The notes: generated by a model from the letters alone, not told the origin. Numbered from the stretch's first letter, positions 38,656 through 52,107 are shown. The stretch is 64,000 bases of DNA from Somniosus microcephalus (GCA_052327205.1 CM126222.1:66650001-66714000); one strand, 5' to 3'. Translations and numbers: made by a program.

Positions 38656-40787
38656 AATAATATATATTATATCTAATACTATGCATATTAAAGTAATTTT
38701 ATCCTTTATACTTTTTGGTTAATAAATAGACAAATTATGCCTAGCTTCATACATCCTCATTCAATGTACTTTTATTTTTATAATTTGAATATAAAGTCTG
38801 TAAAATAAAATTCGGTACTTTTAATTGGATTTGACAATTGCATTTCATTACCCGTTAAACTATTACAAGAAGCTTGTTCTCAATATTTGAAGAACCATGA
38901 TTGAAAGCATAGAGTAAAACATTAATATAGACAGTAATTTTAGTGAACATTTTACTTGAGGATCTTAAGTCAAGTAACTGATGAAGAACCTAATGGAGTT
39001 GTGCAGTTCAGCTGAGGTCAACTTTGTTAATTTAGAGGATCGTATTCATCAATTGCAAGAATTTAATCAGATTAGTTTGATAAATCTTATGAGAGTGTCA
39101 AAAGTTAGCATACAAGATCAAGCCAGTTATTGGTGTTCTCTATTTCAAAAACTTCAATTTTCACGCCTATTGAATGTTATAACCATCAAACCACAACTAG
39201 CAGTAAATAAGTTGGAGGAGAAATTCAAATCACAGTCACCCGTTTTTCCAGTGTAAATTCGGTGATAATCCTCCGAATTTCACGGCATGATCTGTCATGC
39301 CAGAATTGCGGCAGGCACCATATTGGCTTGGGCGACTTTTAGTTATCTGGCGCGCCTGCCTGAAATGTGCATTAGGCTCCTTAATACAAATCAGGCCTTC
39401 TACGCCAATTATTGGACCCTGAATGGGAAATTCGGGTACGTACAGACGGAGCTTGCGCCACGCATGCTCCATCTAGTTGTACCAGGCGTGGAGCGGCCTA
39501 ACCAGCTATCCTTTAAAAGTCTGCTGGAGGCCTCTGTAAAAGGCACAGCATATTTTCAGTTCTTATTTTTGTGGGTCCAGAAGTAGCAGGCATTTGAGGC
39601 CCGCCCAGGGAGCACCTCCCTGATTTCTTTGCAATTATCTCCTCACATCATTGGAACATTAATTCCGTTGAACAGCATTTTTGAAGTGCCAGTGCTTAAT
39701 CAGCTTGTGTTGGAGGGAGGGTTAGGAATGTTTTATTAAAGTTTACTTAACTTTTTACCTTTATTAAAGATATTATATTACTTTCACCACAATGTCTCTT
39801 GCCACTCCTGTTTCTCAATTAGGTTATGTATTCACAACTCCCACATTAATGAGAACGTGTCCATGAACGAGCAGAACAAATAGCCAGTTCCAGCATGCCA
39901 ATCCTGTGGTACTTCATGTGAAGCATTACAGCGATTATTTGTTTTAATAATTTTGATTTATTAAAAATGTAACTTTTTGCTACTGTAGTGCAGGCTGGTC
40001 ACAAATTCCATTTTCTCATTACTTTTTTTAATGTTTATGTTTTAGCAAATATTTTGTAATACACTACATCTTGGTATAGGTGCATTGCCTTATTTTGACA
40101 GTATACAATCTGTGACAAAAGTTTGACTAGTGGTGTGCAATTAACAGTGGCAGGAGAATGACTGGTAATTTGTGCTATAATTTAGTACATTTTTCAGGAA
40201 GAGAGGCGTAATGCTAAAGGGTTGGTTCATCCTTTTTACTGGGTTTATTAATCTTCAACCAAACATTTTAGGCAGTATTGTAATTCTGTATAGAAATATG
40301 CACACTAGGCTAACAATCCAGAAGTTGTGAATTTAAATCCCACTGTTGTAAGCTGTGAATTGAATTCAATAAATCTAATAATTAGTGACCCAGCATCAGA
40401 AAAAAATTGCCGCGAGAACTGTTGAACTGTCATAAAAACCCCTCTCGGGAAATTACATGTATGAAAACCATTCCTAGCAATGGCTACAGTTGCCATTTAG
40501 CCTGTTGACTATAAAGTACCTTGTATATTGTGAGGCCACACTGGGTAAATATACCCATGCAAGTGATCTTATTAAACCACTATCATTAATTCACCATTAG
40601 TATATTACCACTTTACATAAGATCATATGGTTTGAATGTGAGCTCAGGTCAAAAATGTGGATCTGACTTTATACTGAGTAATCACAAATTTTAGTTTATA
40701 TTTCAGATTGGGAATCTACAGTTTGTTCATCATTTCCTAAATGTTTTAATTTTATTTTTTCTCTCTTCTCTCCCCTAATTTCTGCAG

Positions 40788-40940
40788 TATGTGGAGACAA
40801 TAAGCAAAAAGCAGTCTGATCTGGAGACCTACGTTGGAACCGGTTTCAAAACTGCATTGAGTGAGGAACGTAGGCGGTACTGCTTTCTGGTAGAAAGGCA
40901 GTGTGCAGTTGCCAAGAATAACATGGTGTACCACAGCAGG
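40788..40940 (+). CDS. BAIAP2: BAIAP2-type exon 7 equivalent (I-BAR)
   Basis: Long pyrimidine tract, ctgcag|TAT...AGG|gtaagt; 153 nt; YVETISKKQSDLETYVGTGFKTALSEERRRYCFLVERQCAVAKNNMVYHSR. Confidence 0.95.
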
Positions 40941-41124
40941 GTAAGTAATTTGCTAATCCTTTCAAATTAAGTAAATCTAAACCACAACATTGCAGCTTTT
41001 CAAAAATGTTCAGAGGGGAATAAAGAAACAGGTAAGTGTTTATATATATTTGTTTCATGTTTCTCTCCTCCTCAACTAAAGGTGGTAATTTGTCCCACAG
41101 ATGCCACTCAATTATTGGCTCACT

Positions 41125-41400
41125 CAATTGACCATTCTTCATATAAACTCTAATGAGTGTCAGCAGGGGGGCATCACAGCTGAGCGCGATTCTGTCCTCA
41201 ACCGATGCCTACCCATTCAGATCTTTCCCGCAATTGGGAGCAAGAACCCTGGGTTATTTATGTTTCCTCTTTTGAGCTTGGGAAGGCCGAGGACAATTGT
41301 AATGTCCTACTGTCATCCTGGATGAGATCAGCTAGCTGAGCAGAGACCAAGGTTCAAATTTGGGTTCTTCCTGATCTGTATTGCTCAGAACCACACAATG
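41125..41400 (-). mobile_element. LF-SINE-like copy
   Basis: ggcatcacagctgagc...attctgtcctca...gagcaagaaccctgg...gagatcagctagctgagcagagacc; another copy follows at about 41630-41910. Confidence 0.55.
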
Positions 41401-41912
41401 TTCCAGTTATAATGTTTAAAGTTACCTTGATATTAAAAGGTTGGTGCCTCATAAATAATTGTGAGCTGTTTTAGTTGCAGTCGTACACACCCATATCAGG
41501 TGAATAACACCACAGTAGATTTTTGTATTGGATATCCTGAAGAAAAATGTGACTCTATTTCTTTTCATTAGCTTCCTTTCCTATGTTACTGAAAGTATAG
41601 TAAATTGTAATTTAGTTACCTTGCTTTTTCCTTGCCAATTTCCTCATTGTCCTTGCTTCTCCTGAAGGCGTACAGTTCTGTAGGAGCCAGTGGTCCTCCA
41701 CTATTTCACTCAAGTGGCAAATGTTTATGTAGGCACCTTGACAGTGAGTGTCAGCAAGATACTTGAGCCTGAAGGGTATCGCAGCCAAATCTGATTCAGT
41801 CCTCACCTGATCGCATACACATGCGCTATCTGCGTGAGTTTATTGGACAATGATTGATTTGGACCAAGGGCCCTGGCTGTTTTTCACAACCCAGGGTGCA
41901 GTGGCCAACTAC

Positions 41913-42190
41913 AGGGAACGGTAGCATAGTGGTTATGTTATTGGACTAGTAATACAGAGGCCTGGACTAATGATCTCGAGTTCAAATCCCACCATGGCAG
42001 CGGGGGAGTTTAAATTCAGTTAATTAAATAAAAAAGTTAGTATCAGTAATGGTGACCATGTAACTACCGGATTGTTGTAAAAACCCATCTGGTTCACTAA
42101 TGTTCTTTAGGGAAGGAAATCTGCCGCCCTTACTTGGTCTAGCCTATATGTGACTCCAGACCCAAAGCAATGTGGTTGACTCTTAACTGC
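41913..42190 (+). mobile_element. HE1-like tRNA-derived SINE
   Basis: A-box-like ggtagcatagtgg, B-box-like gagttcaaatccc; body homologous to 51730-52000 (-) and 50845-51112 (+). Confidence 0.8.
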
Positions 42191-42539
42191 ATTAAAGTTG
42201 CATTAAAGAATGCAAAGGATATTCAGCAACACAAATATATAGTAAAGAACAATTTTGTTCAACATACTATTAGTGGAACTGTGTTTTATTTATTTGTATG
42301 AATAGATTTGGCATGTTGACTGAAATTACCGTAGCAATTAGGTAAGTTTACAGCACATCTGCTTTGTGCACTTTGTATAAAAAGGGCTAGCATCTTCAAA
42401 GTTGCAAGTCTCTAAGTACTCCGGCCATTGGAGATCATTCAGCTGACTGTGGCTGCGAAGCACTGTACAGAGTCAGTAGCCGTGACTATACATAGAGAGG
42501 CTGTGGGGAATTAAGGCAATCAAATTTTGCAGAAACATT

Positions 42540-43242
42540 GGCCTAGAAATTCGGTGGCGCCCCATTTGGGGTGCCAGTCTCACCTGGGCACCGGAAGTAC
42601 CGCCCCGGAAAGAGCTGCGAGCGCCAGCCCGATATTCAGTTTGAGCGCCCCAAACGGAAGCGCAGCGCTATTCGAGGCGTCCCGCATCTGTCTTGGGGCG
42701 CTGCAACTGAAAATCTCAGCGCAACGTGCCGCAGCGCCACACACTGCGGCACGGCGCACTGTGGTACTGCAGGCCTTCCTCCCCTTCTTAAAGGGGAGGG
42801 GCCTGCTGCAGCACGATCAGAGATCGCGAGTGCCGGCAAAAGAGCCCGGCACCGAGGAGAAGTGCCAGGCTCTTGGGACACAGCCGGCACAACGTGTGGG
42901 GGGGCGGGGGGTTGGGGTTAGTAAGCCGGGGACGGGAGCGCAGAGAGGTGCTGGCAGGCGGCCAACAACAAAGATAGCCGCCCCGCACCTCTCCTTTAAT
43001 TTGCGCCTCTACCGCCGCAGGTAGGCCCCCCTGAACCAGTCGCGAATTGCGACCGGCGTTACAGCGGGGGGCGCTACCAAGTATCGGGGCGCTGCGCACA
43101 CCGATGATGTCGCAGCGCTACAGGCTAACGCCGCCATTAGTGCCCCTTTAAATTTCGCGGGAGGCGTGGCCAGTGGCGCTGAACCCACTAAGTGCCCTCT
43201 TTGGGCGCTAACTGGTGGCGCAGCCCACCGAATTTCTAGGCC
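42540..43242 (+). mobile_element. Harbinger-like MITE, family B copy 2
   Basis: Perfect 18-bp TIR GGCCTAGAAATTCGGTGG; perfect TSD ATT/ATT. Confidence 0.9.
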
Positions 43243-43489
43243 ATTGTATTTTAATGGAATAGCTCCTTCTATCAGATTTAAATTTCATTTTTTTTTTTCT
43301 CAGCCAATTTTGCTCAATTTTTAATCATGGTATTCACCTTTTTTTAGATTTTTGTCATAGAATCATAGAAATTTACAGCACAGGAAGACGCCATCTTGTC
43401 CTCTCTAAAATTGATTAAATTAAGACCCTTGAAGTGTTCTACTCTCTGGATTCATCTGAAGTAATCACTCAATTGTTTTTCTTTTACAG

Positions 43490-43741
43490 GGCAAGGATAT
43501 GGTAACACAAAAGCTTCCTGGCTGGCAACAGTCTTGTAGCGATCCAGCCAAGATTCCTGACCGTGCAATGTTATTGGTGCAGCAGATGTCTGCAGGCAAT
43601 GGAGGAACCCTCATCTCTGAACCCGTTGCTACCACCAAATCAGGGCTGATCATATCGGACCCCATTCCTGGTGCTAAACCTCTACCCGTACCACCAGAAC
43701 TTGCACCTTTTGTTGGTGGAGGTGGATTGGGTCACAGCTCT
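43490..43741 (+). CDS. BAIAP2: BAIAP2-type exon 8 equivalent (end of I-BAR, partial CRIB/proline-rich motif)
   Basis: ttacag|GGC AAG...TCT|gtaagt; 252 nt; GKDMVTQKLPGWQQSCSDPAKIP...IISDPIPGAKPLPVPPELAPF; this CRIB-PR motif is typical of IRSp53 rather than IRTKS. Confidence 0.95.
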
Positions 43742-45480
43742 GTAAGTATCGATGATTTTTGTCAATGATTTAGACTTCAACGTCTATTTAGTGTATTTGA
43801 AACTGTTTTAATTTTTTTTTAAAAAGCTGAATATTTTAATCTATTTTTATCCATGAATAAAATTATTGAGCAGTATAAAGGTGCATTTTGAGTTCTCTTT
43901 TACTCTGCAGCTCAGTTTATCTAATTATACTTTTGTTTTTAGAGCTATGTGACAGGAAATAATATCATGCAATCATGCCCAGTTGGCTTCACAGCTCGTG
44001 GGCTGCCCTGTTCTGCCTGCCATAGTCCAAATTGGTTTTACTAGTTTTCAACTACACGACTACTTGTGCTAGTGCAGCATTGTTACTGGTGTGGGGGGGG
44101 GGGTGGAAACTGACTTTATGAATCATATCTGCTTCAATATGAACATCTTGCTGACTAGGTGATAAATTTTGCAGGGAATTCCTCTGCCTCTTCCCACTCA
44201 CGAGGTGGCATATCGGTGAGGTGGCGAGGGAGAGGGGCTATGAATTGGATAGGTTTGTCGAGCACATAATGAGAAACAGGGTCTTCCGGCGCTTGTTTGA
44301 TCTCCTTATGGATCAGTTTCCCCAAGAGGATTTTTTTCCCCCTGAAATTGGTCGCAGGTTTTTTCCAAACAGTTGGAGTTACTCCCAGAGGTTTTGCTAG
44401 ATCTCTGATCAGATAGAAACAAGAGCACCTCTTATGGGCCTGACAATTTACTTTTGCTGTTGATGCAAACGTTCATATAATTAAGCTAATTACAGACTAA
44501 CCTCCTTTAGTAATCCCATATTGTCGGTGCTTATGAAGTCCTGACAAGTGGTATTGCACCTATATAAAAGGAAAATTGTGAAATGCTGTTGGGGATCATT
44601 TTTGTATTGCAACTGACAGTTGTAAACACACTGCCATTTTAAACAGGGAATGAATACCAATCTCTAAATGTCAAGGTAAGCAAAATGCCGCTGGTTTCTT
44701 AGTCACTGACCACGAGAAAGGTGTAATTTAGTCTTCAGTTTCAACACTATTGCAGTACATATCTTCATTAAATGCAAATCAACGTTATACTTACGTACCT
44801 AACATTCTGTGTATTGTTTATGTATTGATTCCCTTATTCTCTTCAGTTCCCTTCTTAATAAGCCGCTACTAGCCTTTACCCCATTATCTTGCAGCTAGAC
44901 GACTGCTGCTGCAGCTTGGCTTTTGGCAGGTTATCTGTTGGGAACTGGTTAGTAGAAGTTCTCGTCCATGACCCAATATTTCCTTTCCCATTCCTGGGGA
45001 GCAGATGATGCCCCAGTTAGTGGTTTGGCTGACCACTGCAGCAACTGATTTGAATTATTCTGAGGTATTCGTTTAGTCTTGGATGAAATTGGTGACAATG
45101 GTGTACTGTGGAGGAGCTTGTTAAATGAGGGCATTTTTAATACTGAGGTCAGGAAAGTCCCCTGTAGGTGGGCTCATATCACTGATATTACTCAGCTATA
45201 GAATTGTCTTAGCCACCCTACTTTCAGATTTCTCAAATGGGGGAAAAAAGTGTACCTTTGTACATGGTTGGTTCTGGGTATGTAGGAAAGAAAAGGAATT
45301 TTAAAATGCTTTGGTAGCTATGCAACTTTCAGATCATACTTGCAATACAGAATGGGTTAGTTATTTGATGAGGATAATGCGATGTGTCAGCTCTACCAGA
45401 TTTGTCCTGTCAGACTATCTCTAATAAGGAATGATAAAAAGAGAAACTGCAAGTTGTGGGAATTTAAAAAGAGCCTTCCT

Positions 45481-45590
45481 TCTGCGTAAGGGTCTTTGGA
45501 CCTGAAATGCTGACTGACTGGCTTCTGTTTCTCCCCCGATGCTGCCTGACCTGCTAAGTATTTCCAGCTTTTTCTGTATTTGTTTTCAGA
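45481..45590 (+). mobile_element. Degenerate Penelope-like terminal fragment
   Basis: ggtctttggacctgaaa...gatgctgcctgacctgctaagtatttccagc; homologous to the reverse complement of 38552-38655. Confidence 0.6.
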
Positions 45591-47092
45591 CCTCTTTTGG
45601 TGTTGAAACAGTACACTGAGCTAAAGTTCCCATCTGGTAATGCCTTTCATTATATTGCAGTGTGTGGAGCCAAAAAATATTCTAATCGAGTGCAGCTGAG
45701 AAATGTGCTCCCTTGACTTCAGAGACACATGAATTTCAAACAATGAAAAGGAGTTATTCAAGTAGCATAATGATGCCAGTTTAAATATTGGATTCTGCTT
45801 GAGGTGTTGATAACCATCGGTTTTTATGGTATAATAAAAATGATTTTTTAGAATGAATGGCATTCTGTTTAAGATCAATCTAAAGTTAATTATTTTATAA
45901 GCTACAAATAGGTGTATTCAAGTATGCGTAATTATCTACTAAAAGTAGTTACAGAGCAGTCATTACTGGCTGTAAGCTATCTTAATTTTCTGAGAAAAGT
46001 AAATGTTAAACAACTGCAATTAAATTAGTTAACCCTATATAGTTAATTACTGTAACCAGTGCAGACTGGGATCGGGCAATGTATTACAGACATCCATCAG
46101 TTCATTGATTGTTTCAGTCACTTGCAAATAATGTAAATGCAGATATTTTAGTGTGCTTCCCCACTAAACTTTTGTGTAAATAAATGCTAGTGGCTCTATT
46201 AGCGATGGGCAATAAATGCTGGCCTTGCCAGCAACTCCCATATCCTGTGAATGAATTTTTTTTTTAAACGGGTAATTCCTTTTTTAAAAAAAAGGTTTGG
46301 ATCATTTCCAAATGGATTTAACTGGTGTTGCATTTCTTCAAATCTTTCATGGAATTGCAGCAATGTCAATACGTAGACTTATTCTATGGATTCCCATGAA
46401 AAAGGCTTTGGATACAATTCAAGAGTGCTTCACTGTTTAAACTATATATAAAAATTTAATGCAGCTCCAATAATGAGATTTATGGTCTGTGCTCATTTTG
46501 AACCTGGATTTAAATAATAGGTACCTAGGTGAGCCTTTCATCCTTTCACCATTGCTGCCTTGTGTCCTTATGGATGTAGGGTACCCTAATAGCTCTAATA
46601 ATAGAAGACTTCACATCTGAACAGCAGGTTATGATCTGTCTTTTATTTGAACTCACTAGCCTTGCTTGGTAAGTCTTGTCGGTTTTCAGTTGGCCTAGCC
46701 CAGCAATGTTATCAAGTGCTTCTTTATCACTGCAGGAAGGGAAATAACTGGCTTCATCCTATATGAATGATGCCTCCCAACAGCTAATCAGAGTAGCAAT
46801 GACAACAGATGTCAAGCAATTTGTGACCCAAACCCTGTCTGGGAAGTAATTGCATGGTGCTACACACTCTGCAAGGGGATTTGCAGCAGATTTATTAATT
46901 TGCAAAATGTACACTTCATGCATACTTCTTTTTAAAATTCTAATGCGAGCATGAATTGAAGTTGTCACTCACTGTCCATCTAAACAGTGATTTCTATTGA
47001 TCTCTCCCCAGTAAGACGGGAACAGACAGACCAGTTATTCACACCGTAATTGAAAATCTTTGCACCCATTTCAGTAGGAGTACTGGGGGGGC

Positions 47093-47741
47093 GGGGGTGG
47101 AATTCAGTTGTTTGCGCCTCCCGTTAGCGCCTTAAGAGGGCGCTAATGGGGCGCAAAGCAACTAGCGCCCGGGCGTGGCGATGTTTGCGCCACTCGCGAA
47201 ATTAACTAGACATTTTGCGGCGACGCTAAACACTACCGCCACGATCTCCTGTGCCGGCAGATCGTGACGACAGTCGAGTGCGTAGTGCCCCGGACCGGAT
47301 ATTGAGTGGCGCCCCCTGCCTTACCACCTGCTGCTAGCAACGACGGGTTGAGGGGAGCGTTTTGCAGTCAGAAAGGGACTGGGGGAGTGCTATTTAAAGG
47401 CGACCGCTTCCTGCCTTTGACATTTTTGCATTCTGAGAGAGAGAGAGAGAGACTTCTGGAGAGATTCAACGCTGTGTGAAGGAGTTTTGGGTGCTGAGCA
47501 GCACTTTGCAGGTTCATTTTGATTGGCCCTTCCTTGCTTCGCCAGCGCTTTGAGGTAGCGCCTCGCTCCTCGGCCTTTGCGCCTTAAGACAGGTGTGAAG
47601 CGTTGATTTAGAACTCCAATCACCTCCAGGGGCGATAAAAGCCAAGTTTGCTGTCGGAGGCGATAATTAGCGCCAGACGCTAAACTTTGCGCACAGCTGA
47701 TAATGGCGCCCCAAACGGGGCGATACCGAATTTTTCCCCCC
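47093..47741. mobile_element. Harbinger-like MITE (CpG-rich, related to family B ends)
   Basis: GGGGGTGGAATTC ... GAATTTTTCCCCCC ends; repeated gcgctaa/ttagcgc motifs; left boundary blurred by a G-run. Confidence 0.65.
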
Positions 47742-48379
47742 TTGTATCTGTTGATTTCGTTCAAGATTTAATTAATTTTTGTCTAATTTATGTTAGCTGA
47801 TTTTGCTCTCAGTGCTTTGGTATTCTGAAAATGTCCTTAGATTTAATAAGTAGATTGATTTTGTCTAGTTATATTGCATATCTAAGGTTACTTAGAGGAA
47901 GCAACCATGTCCATTCTACCGCCACTAAATTTGAGCTATTGAATAAAATTTCTGTTTTAATGCAGATGAAAATCTGACTCAACATTTGTTTTGCAATTAG
48001 CTGATGGGCAATGAGAGTATTTTGTAGAATAACTGCTGATCATGTTGTGGTTGACTCATTATTATAATGACCAACATCCCTGGCCCATTAAGCAATGCAA
48101 AACTATTTGTAGAGAAACTAATGTTGGGATATTCCTTACATTCACTAACTTTTTGTTGTACCTATGGGCTCTAAATTGTTTGAATATGACCAACTAGTCT
48201 TTATTCTCATTCTTGTATAAAGAATTGATTTCCATTCATTCTCCTTCAATCATTCTATATGCTCCTTCTGATGTAAACAATTATTAAATAATAGCAAGCC
48301 AGTTTAGTTTTAAATTCACCTTCATAGCAAGAAGAACACAATGCCAAGTGTAGTGGTGAATCAATTTAAAACCGTGGAG

Positions 48380-48910
48380 TGCTGTGTACAGTTTTGGGCT
48401 CCACACTACAGTAAGGATGTTGAGGCAATATGGAGCATACAGCACAAATTCATTAGGGATGCTGCCTGGTATAAGGAAATACAAATACAAAGATAGACTT
48501 GAAAAATTGGGTCTGTTTTTATTAGCACAGAGGAGATTACGAGGTGATTTGATAAAGGTGTTTAAAACTATAAGATGGGACAGACTAGGTACAAACAGAC
48601 TGTTTGAATGGTCTATAACAAGGAAACATAGATATAAAATTAAAAGTAAGAGTTTTAGGACATAGAGCAGGAGAAACCTTTTCATAAAAGGGTTGTGAGG
48701 CGTGGAATGCACTAATCGAGTTAGTGATTGAAATGGAAGCCATTATCAACATTTAAGACTTGGTTAGCGAGGTGGTTGAAGGAAAAGGGGAATAAAGGGC
48801 TATCGGAAGAGGGCAGACGCATGGGATTAGACTACTTCTCATGTGGAGGATAAACTCCAACTCGTACTGGTTGGGCTGAATGGCCAGTTTCCCTGCTGTA
48901 ATTTCTGTGT
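48380..48910 (+). mobile_element. CR1 LINE 3' fragment
   Basis: ORF 48384..48665 contains YKDRLEKLGLF...RRLRGDLIKVFK; followed by a ttgggctgaatggcc tail. Confidence 0.85.
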
Positions 48911-49024
48911 AATTGGTAAAAGCCGCTTGGTATGAATTTTGTAAAGCTGGTAAAATAAGTGGAGATAGGAGAACAAATAGGTTTTTAATTACACACAGTT
49001 TGATGTTGCTGTCACAGTAAAGGC

Positions 49025-49303
49025 ATTTGCCCGTGCTTGGGACGGTCACGTGACTTGCGACGTGACGTCATCGCGTTTACCCGGCACTGCAGCTGGCCGT
49101 TGCGGCCGAAGTCGCGGGAGCGGGAGGCCGAGCTGGGCTGGCGGCCGTCGCGGGAGGCCGAGTAGGGCCGGCTCGCGTTTGCCCGCGTCATCGCGTTAGG
49201 TCGCGTTCTTAAAGGGGCAACGGCCCGAACATGCAAACTCTATACAAACATAGTTAAAGGGAATTGTGTAGGTAAGTAAGGGACACTCGGTGGTACCGCT
49301 ACA
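49025..49303 (-). mobile_element. Truncated copy of the solo-LTR family
   Basis: Ends ...ggtaagtaagggacactcggtggtaccgctaca, the reverse complement of the 34349 start. Confidence 0.8.
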
Positions 49304-49493
49304 CAGGATTATTATTGAGGGAAAAATCTTCAAGGCTGATGATTACAAATGTTGTACAGCACTGAAATAATGCAACACTGCTAATTTTGACCTTGTGCAA
49401 CTACAAAGATATGGAAGATGCACTCTCTTTCAGAAAAGCTGATTTTTATTTTCACTAAGTTAGATACTGAGTAATTATTTTTTTCCATTTCAG

Positions 49494-49695
49494 CTTATGA
49501 TGGGCCAGGACATTTCATTAGTGCCTAATGGTGACCTATCAAATTCACATCATGTGGACTATCCGCACCCTGGCCGGCCTGATGTCAAACCAAAGCCTCC
49601 TTCACCACCCCAACTTCCAAGACAGCAGAATGATGTCTACTCCAACACACTGCCCACACGCAAAGCAATGCCATTGAAAGCCAGTCCTTTGTTAG
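49494..49695 (+). CDS. BAIAP2: BAIAP2-type exon 9 equivalent (linker, YSNTLP site)
   Basis: tttcag|CTT ATG...TTA G|gtgagt; 202 nt; ...PKPPSPPQ...DVYSNTLPTRK (ORF 49497..49715). Confidence 0.92.
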
Positions 49696-50844
49696 GTGAG
49701 TGGTCATTGATCTAGGCATTGACTAGTAATAATGGGGACAAATATTCAAGCAGTAATATGTGTGTGTGTGTGTCACTCAGACACAAGAGGTATAACATAC
49801 TATAGACAACAGTCCTGTGCTGACTTGTATGTTTCTTTAGTCAGAACCAGCATTTAACTGGGTGTGGACTTAATGCAAAGTGGTTGTGAAATGTACTTAA
49901 CCCTTACCCTCCTTAATACACAGGGAGAGCAAATGTCTATCACCTTAATAGTTGAGGCAGTCTTGTGATAGTTGCATTCCTACTTACTGACATAAGACCA
50001 CCCCCCACTCCAGTTATATATCAACATTAACATTTCAAACCCTCTCTACTGTTAAATAGGCCCTGTCAATTCTATAAATAACTGCATTCCATTGTGCGGT
50101 ACTGTGATGTGGTCATGTTGAAGTCACTGTTTTACAATAGCTGACATTCTGGACATTGTCTGATACGGCTATCTCAATTTTTCACCAAAAGACCGCTCGA
50201 TGTATATCAGGTAAATAGTTTAGCAAATAGATCAAATACATGTTTATCCCAGAAGTGACAAGCAGACCAGTACCTCATGGTGTGGGATTGCAACAGATAC
50301 ACTCATTTACTAATGCAGTTTTCTTTGCGCTCAGCAAAAGTTCCTTGTGCGGAGTTTATCTTGTGCATTGCTGGTATGGGTGGAGATGTGGTCAAAACAG
50401 ATGCCGTGCTGTAATGTTTGTACATGCCACAATGCCAGTGCTGCTGTTTGGAAAGTGGTCGCATTAGTAGTGCTTTTTTTAAAGTTTCACTTAAATTGAG
50501 ACTTGGAAATGAAGATGTAGTACAGTAGTGAATGTAGTATTAAATATGGATTAAGGACATCTGCATACATTTCCCTTCTGCAACTGCAACAGTTTTCTTT
50601 CACTACACTCCAAGTACAGTAGTAAGTTTGCTGCTGGCTGGTTTTATATATGGGTGTTGTCACTGGCACGGGTTCCAATGTTTGAGAGATGGTTGTTGCC
50701 TTAGATGGTAGACCCTTTCTCAGCCTTGATATTTACTGACGCGTTCGCTCTCCTGGCTCCTGGCCATTGCTTTTTGACCTTTAATGAGTTTTGGGCATGG
50801 GGAGTGGGAAATGCTGTAATCCCAGAACACCCCTGTGTTTATGG

Positions 50845-51112
50845 CACTGGCAATCCAGAGGTCATGAATTCAAATCCCACTATAGCAAGATATGAAATTG
50901 AATCCAATAAATCTGGTCATACACCAGATGGCCCCAGCCATTGAAAGCAGTGGGATTGTCATAAAAATCTAACTGCTTCACTAATGCCCTTCAAGGGAAC
51001 CTGTCTCCCTATCTGGTCTGGCCTACACATGACTCCAGTCCCACACTCCTCCTTTAAAGTCCCGAGCAAGCCACTCAGTTGGATAGAAGGTATATTAGTG
51101 ATGGGCAATAAA
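50845..51112 (+). mobile_element. HE1-like SINE (degenerate)
   Basis: aatccagaggtcatgaattcaaatcccac...tggtctggcctacacatgactccag...gatgggcaataaat. Confidence 0.7.
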
Positions 51113-51250
51113 TACATTGAGAGTTTAAAAAAAAATGTATCCTTATGCCAGGGAGAAACTGGAAAACGGTGTGCATTGAGGTTTAGCAAATAAGGGATAC
51201 ATTTTCCTTGTTTTGTACCCTATGTGACATCACCTTTTCTTACTATTCAG

Positions 51251-51452
51251 CTGAGAACAGGACTTTACCCAGATCCAGCTCTATGGCTGCTGGGCTAGAA
51301 AAGAATGGAAGGGCCAAAGTACAAGCTATTTTTTCACATCAGGCAGGAGGCAACAACACGCTGCTGAGCTTCACCGAAGGCGATGTCATCACATTGTTGG
51401 TTCCTGAGGCCAAGGATGGCTGGCATTATGGAGAAAATGAAAAGACGCGGTT
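51251..51452 (+). CDS. BAIAP2: BAIAP2-type exon 10 equivalent (SH3 domain, N-terminal part)
   Basis: attcag|CT GAG AAC...CGG TT|gtaagt; 202 nt; ENRTLPRSSSMAAGLEKNGRAKVQAIFSH...LLSFTEGDVITLLVPEAKDGWHYGENEKTR. Confidence 0.96.
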
Positions 51453-51544
51453 GTAAGTAACCTTGTTACTGTGCATTAATATTTTCTTCCGGTCCTTTCA
51501 TCTTTGTTACAGGCAAATAACTTTCTGTATGTAGTATTTTTTTT

Positions 51545-52000
51545 ATTTATTCACGGGATGCGAGCGTCACTGGCAAGGCCAGAATTTACTGCTCATCCTT
51601 AATTGCCTTCGAGAAGGTGCTGGTGGTGGTGAGCCATGTGGCGAAGGTACTCCCACAGTGCTGTTCTATTTCTTTGTAGCGGTTTGTTACAACCAAGTGG
51701 CTTGCTAGGCCATTTCAGAGGGCAGTTGCTGTGGGACTGGAGTCACATATAGGCCAGACCGGGTAAGGACGGCAGATTTCCTTCCCTAAAGGACATTAGT
51801 GAACCAGATGGGTTTTTACAACAATCCAATAGTTTCATGGTCACCATTACTGACACCAGCTTTTTATTCCAGTTTTATTTAATTAACTGAATTTAAATTC
51901 CCCAGCTGCCATGGTGGGATTTGAACTAATGTCTCCGGATCATTAGTCCAGGCCTCTGGACCACTAGCCCAGTAACATAACCACGATGCTACTGTACCCT
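51545..52000 (-). mobile_element. HE1-like SINE with HER1-type tail
   Basis: Reverse complement of 41913-42190, plus a tail matching 7688-7815. Confidence 0.8.
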
Positions 52001-52107
52001 TATATGGCATAACCAACTTGACTGTCTCTTGTTGACATTAGAGACACCTGATATTTTTATTCAGTGTAAGATTATATGACCCAATAATTCTATCACTCTG
52101 TTTCTAG

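Noticed and set aside
38981-39256. 91-aa ORF with coiled-coil flavour (possible LINE ORF1 remnant)
   Set aside because: No diagnostic motif or splice signals, and it runs into a degenerate repeat; not supportable
41913-41995. tRNA gene
   Set aside because: A/B-box-like motifs belong to a SINE head; no cloverleaf, and the sequence continues into the SINE body
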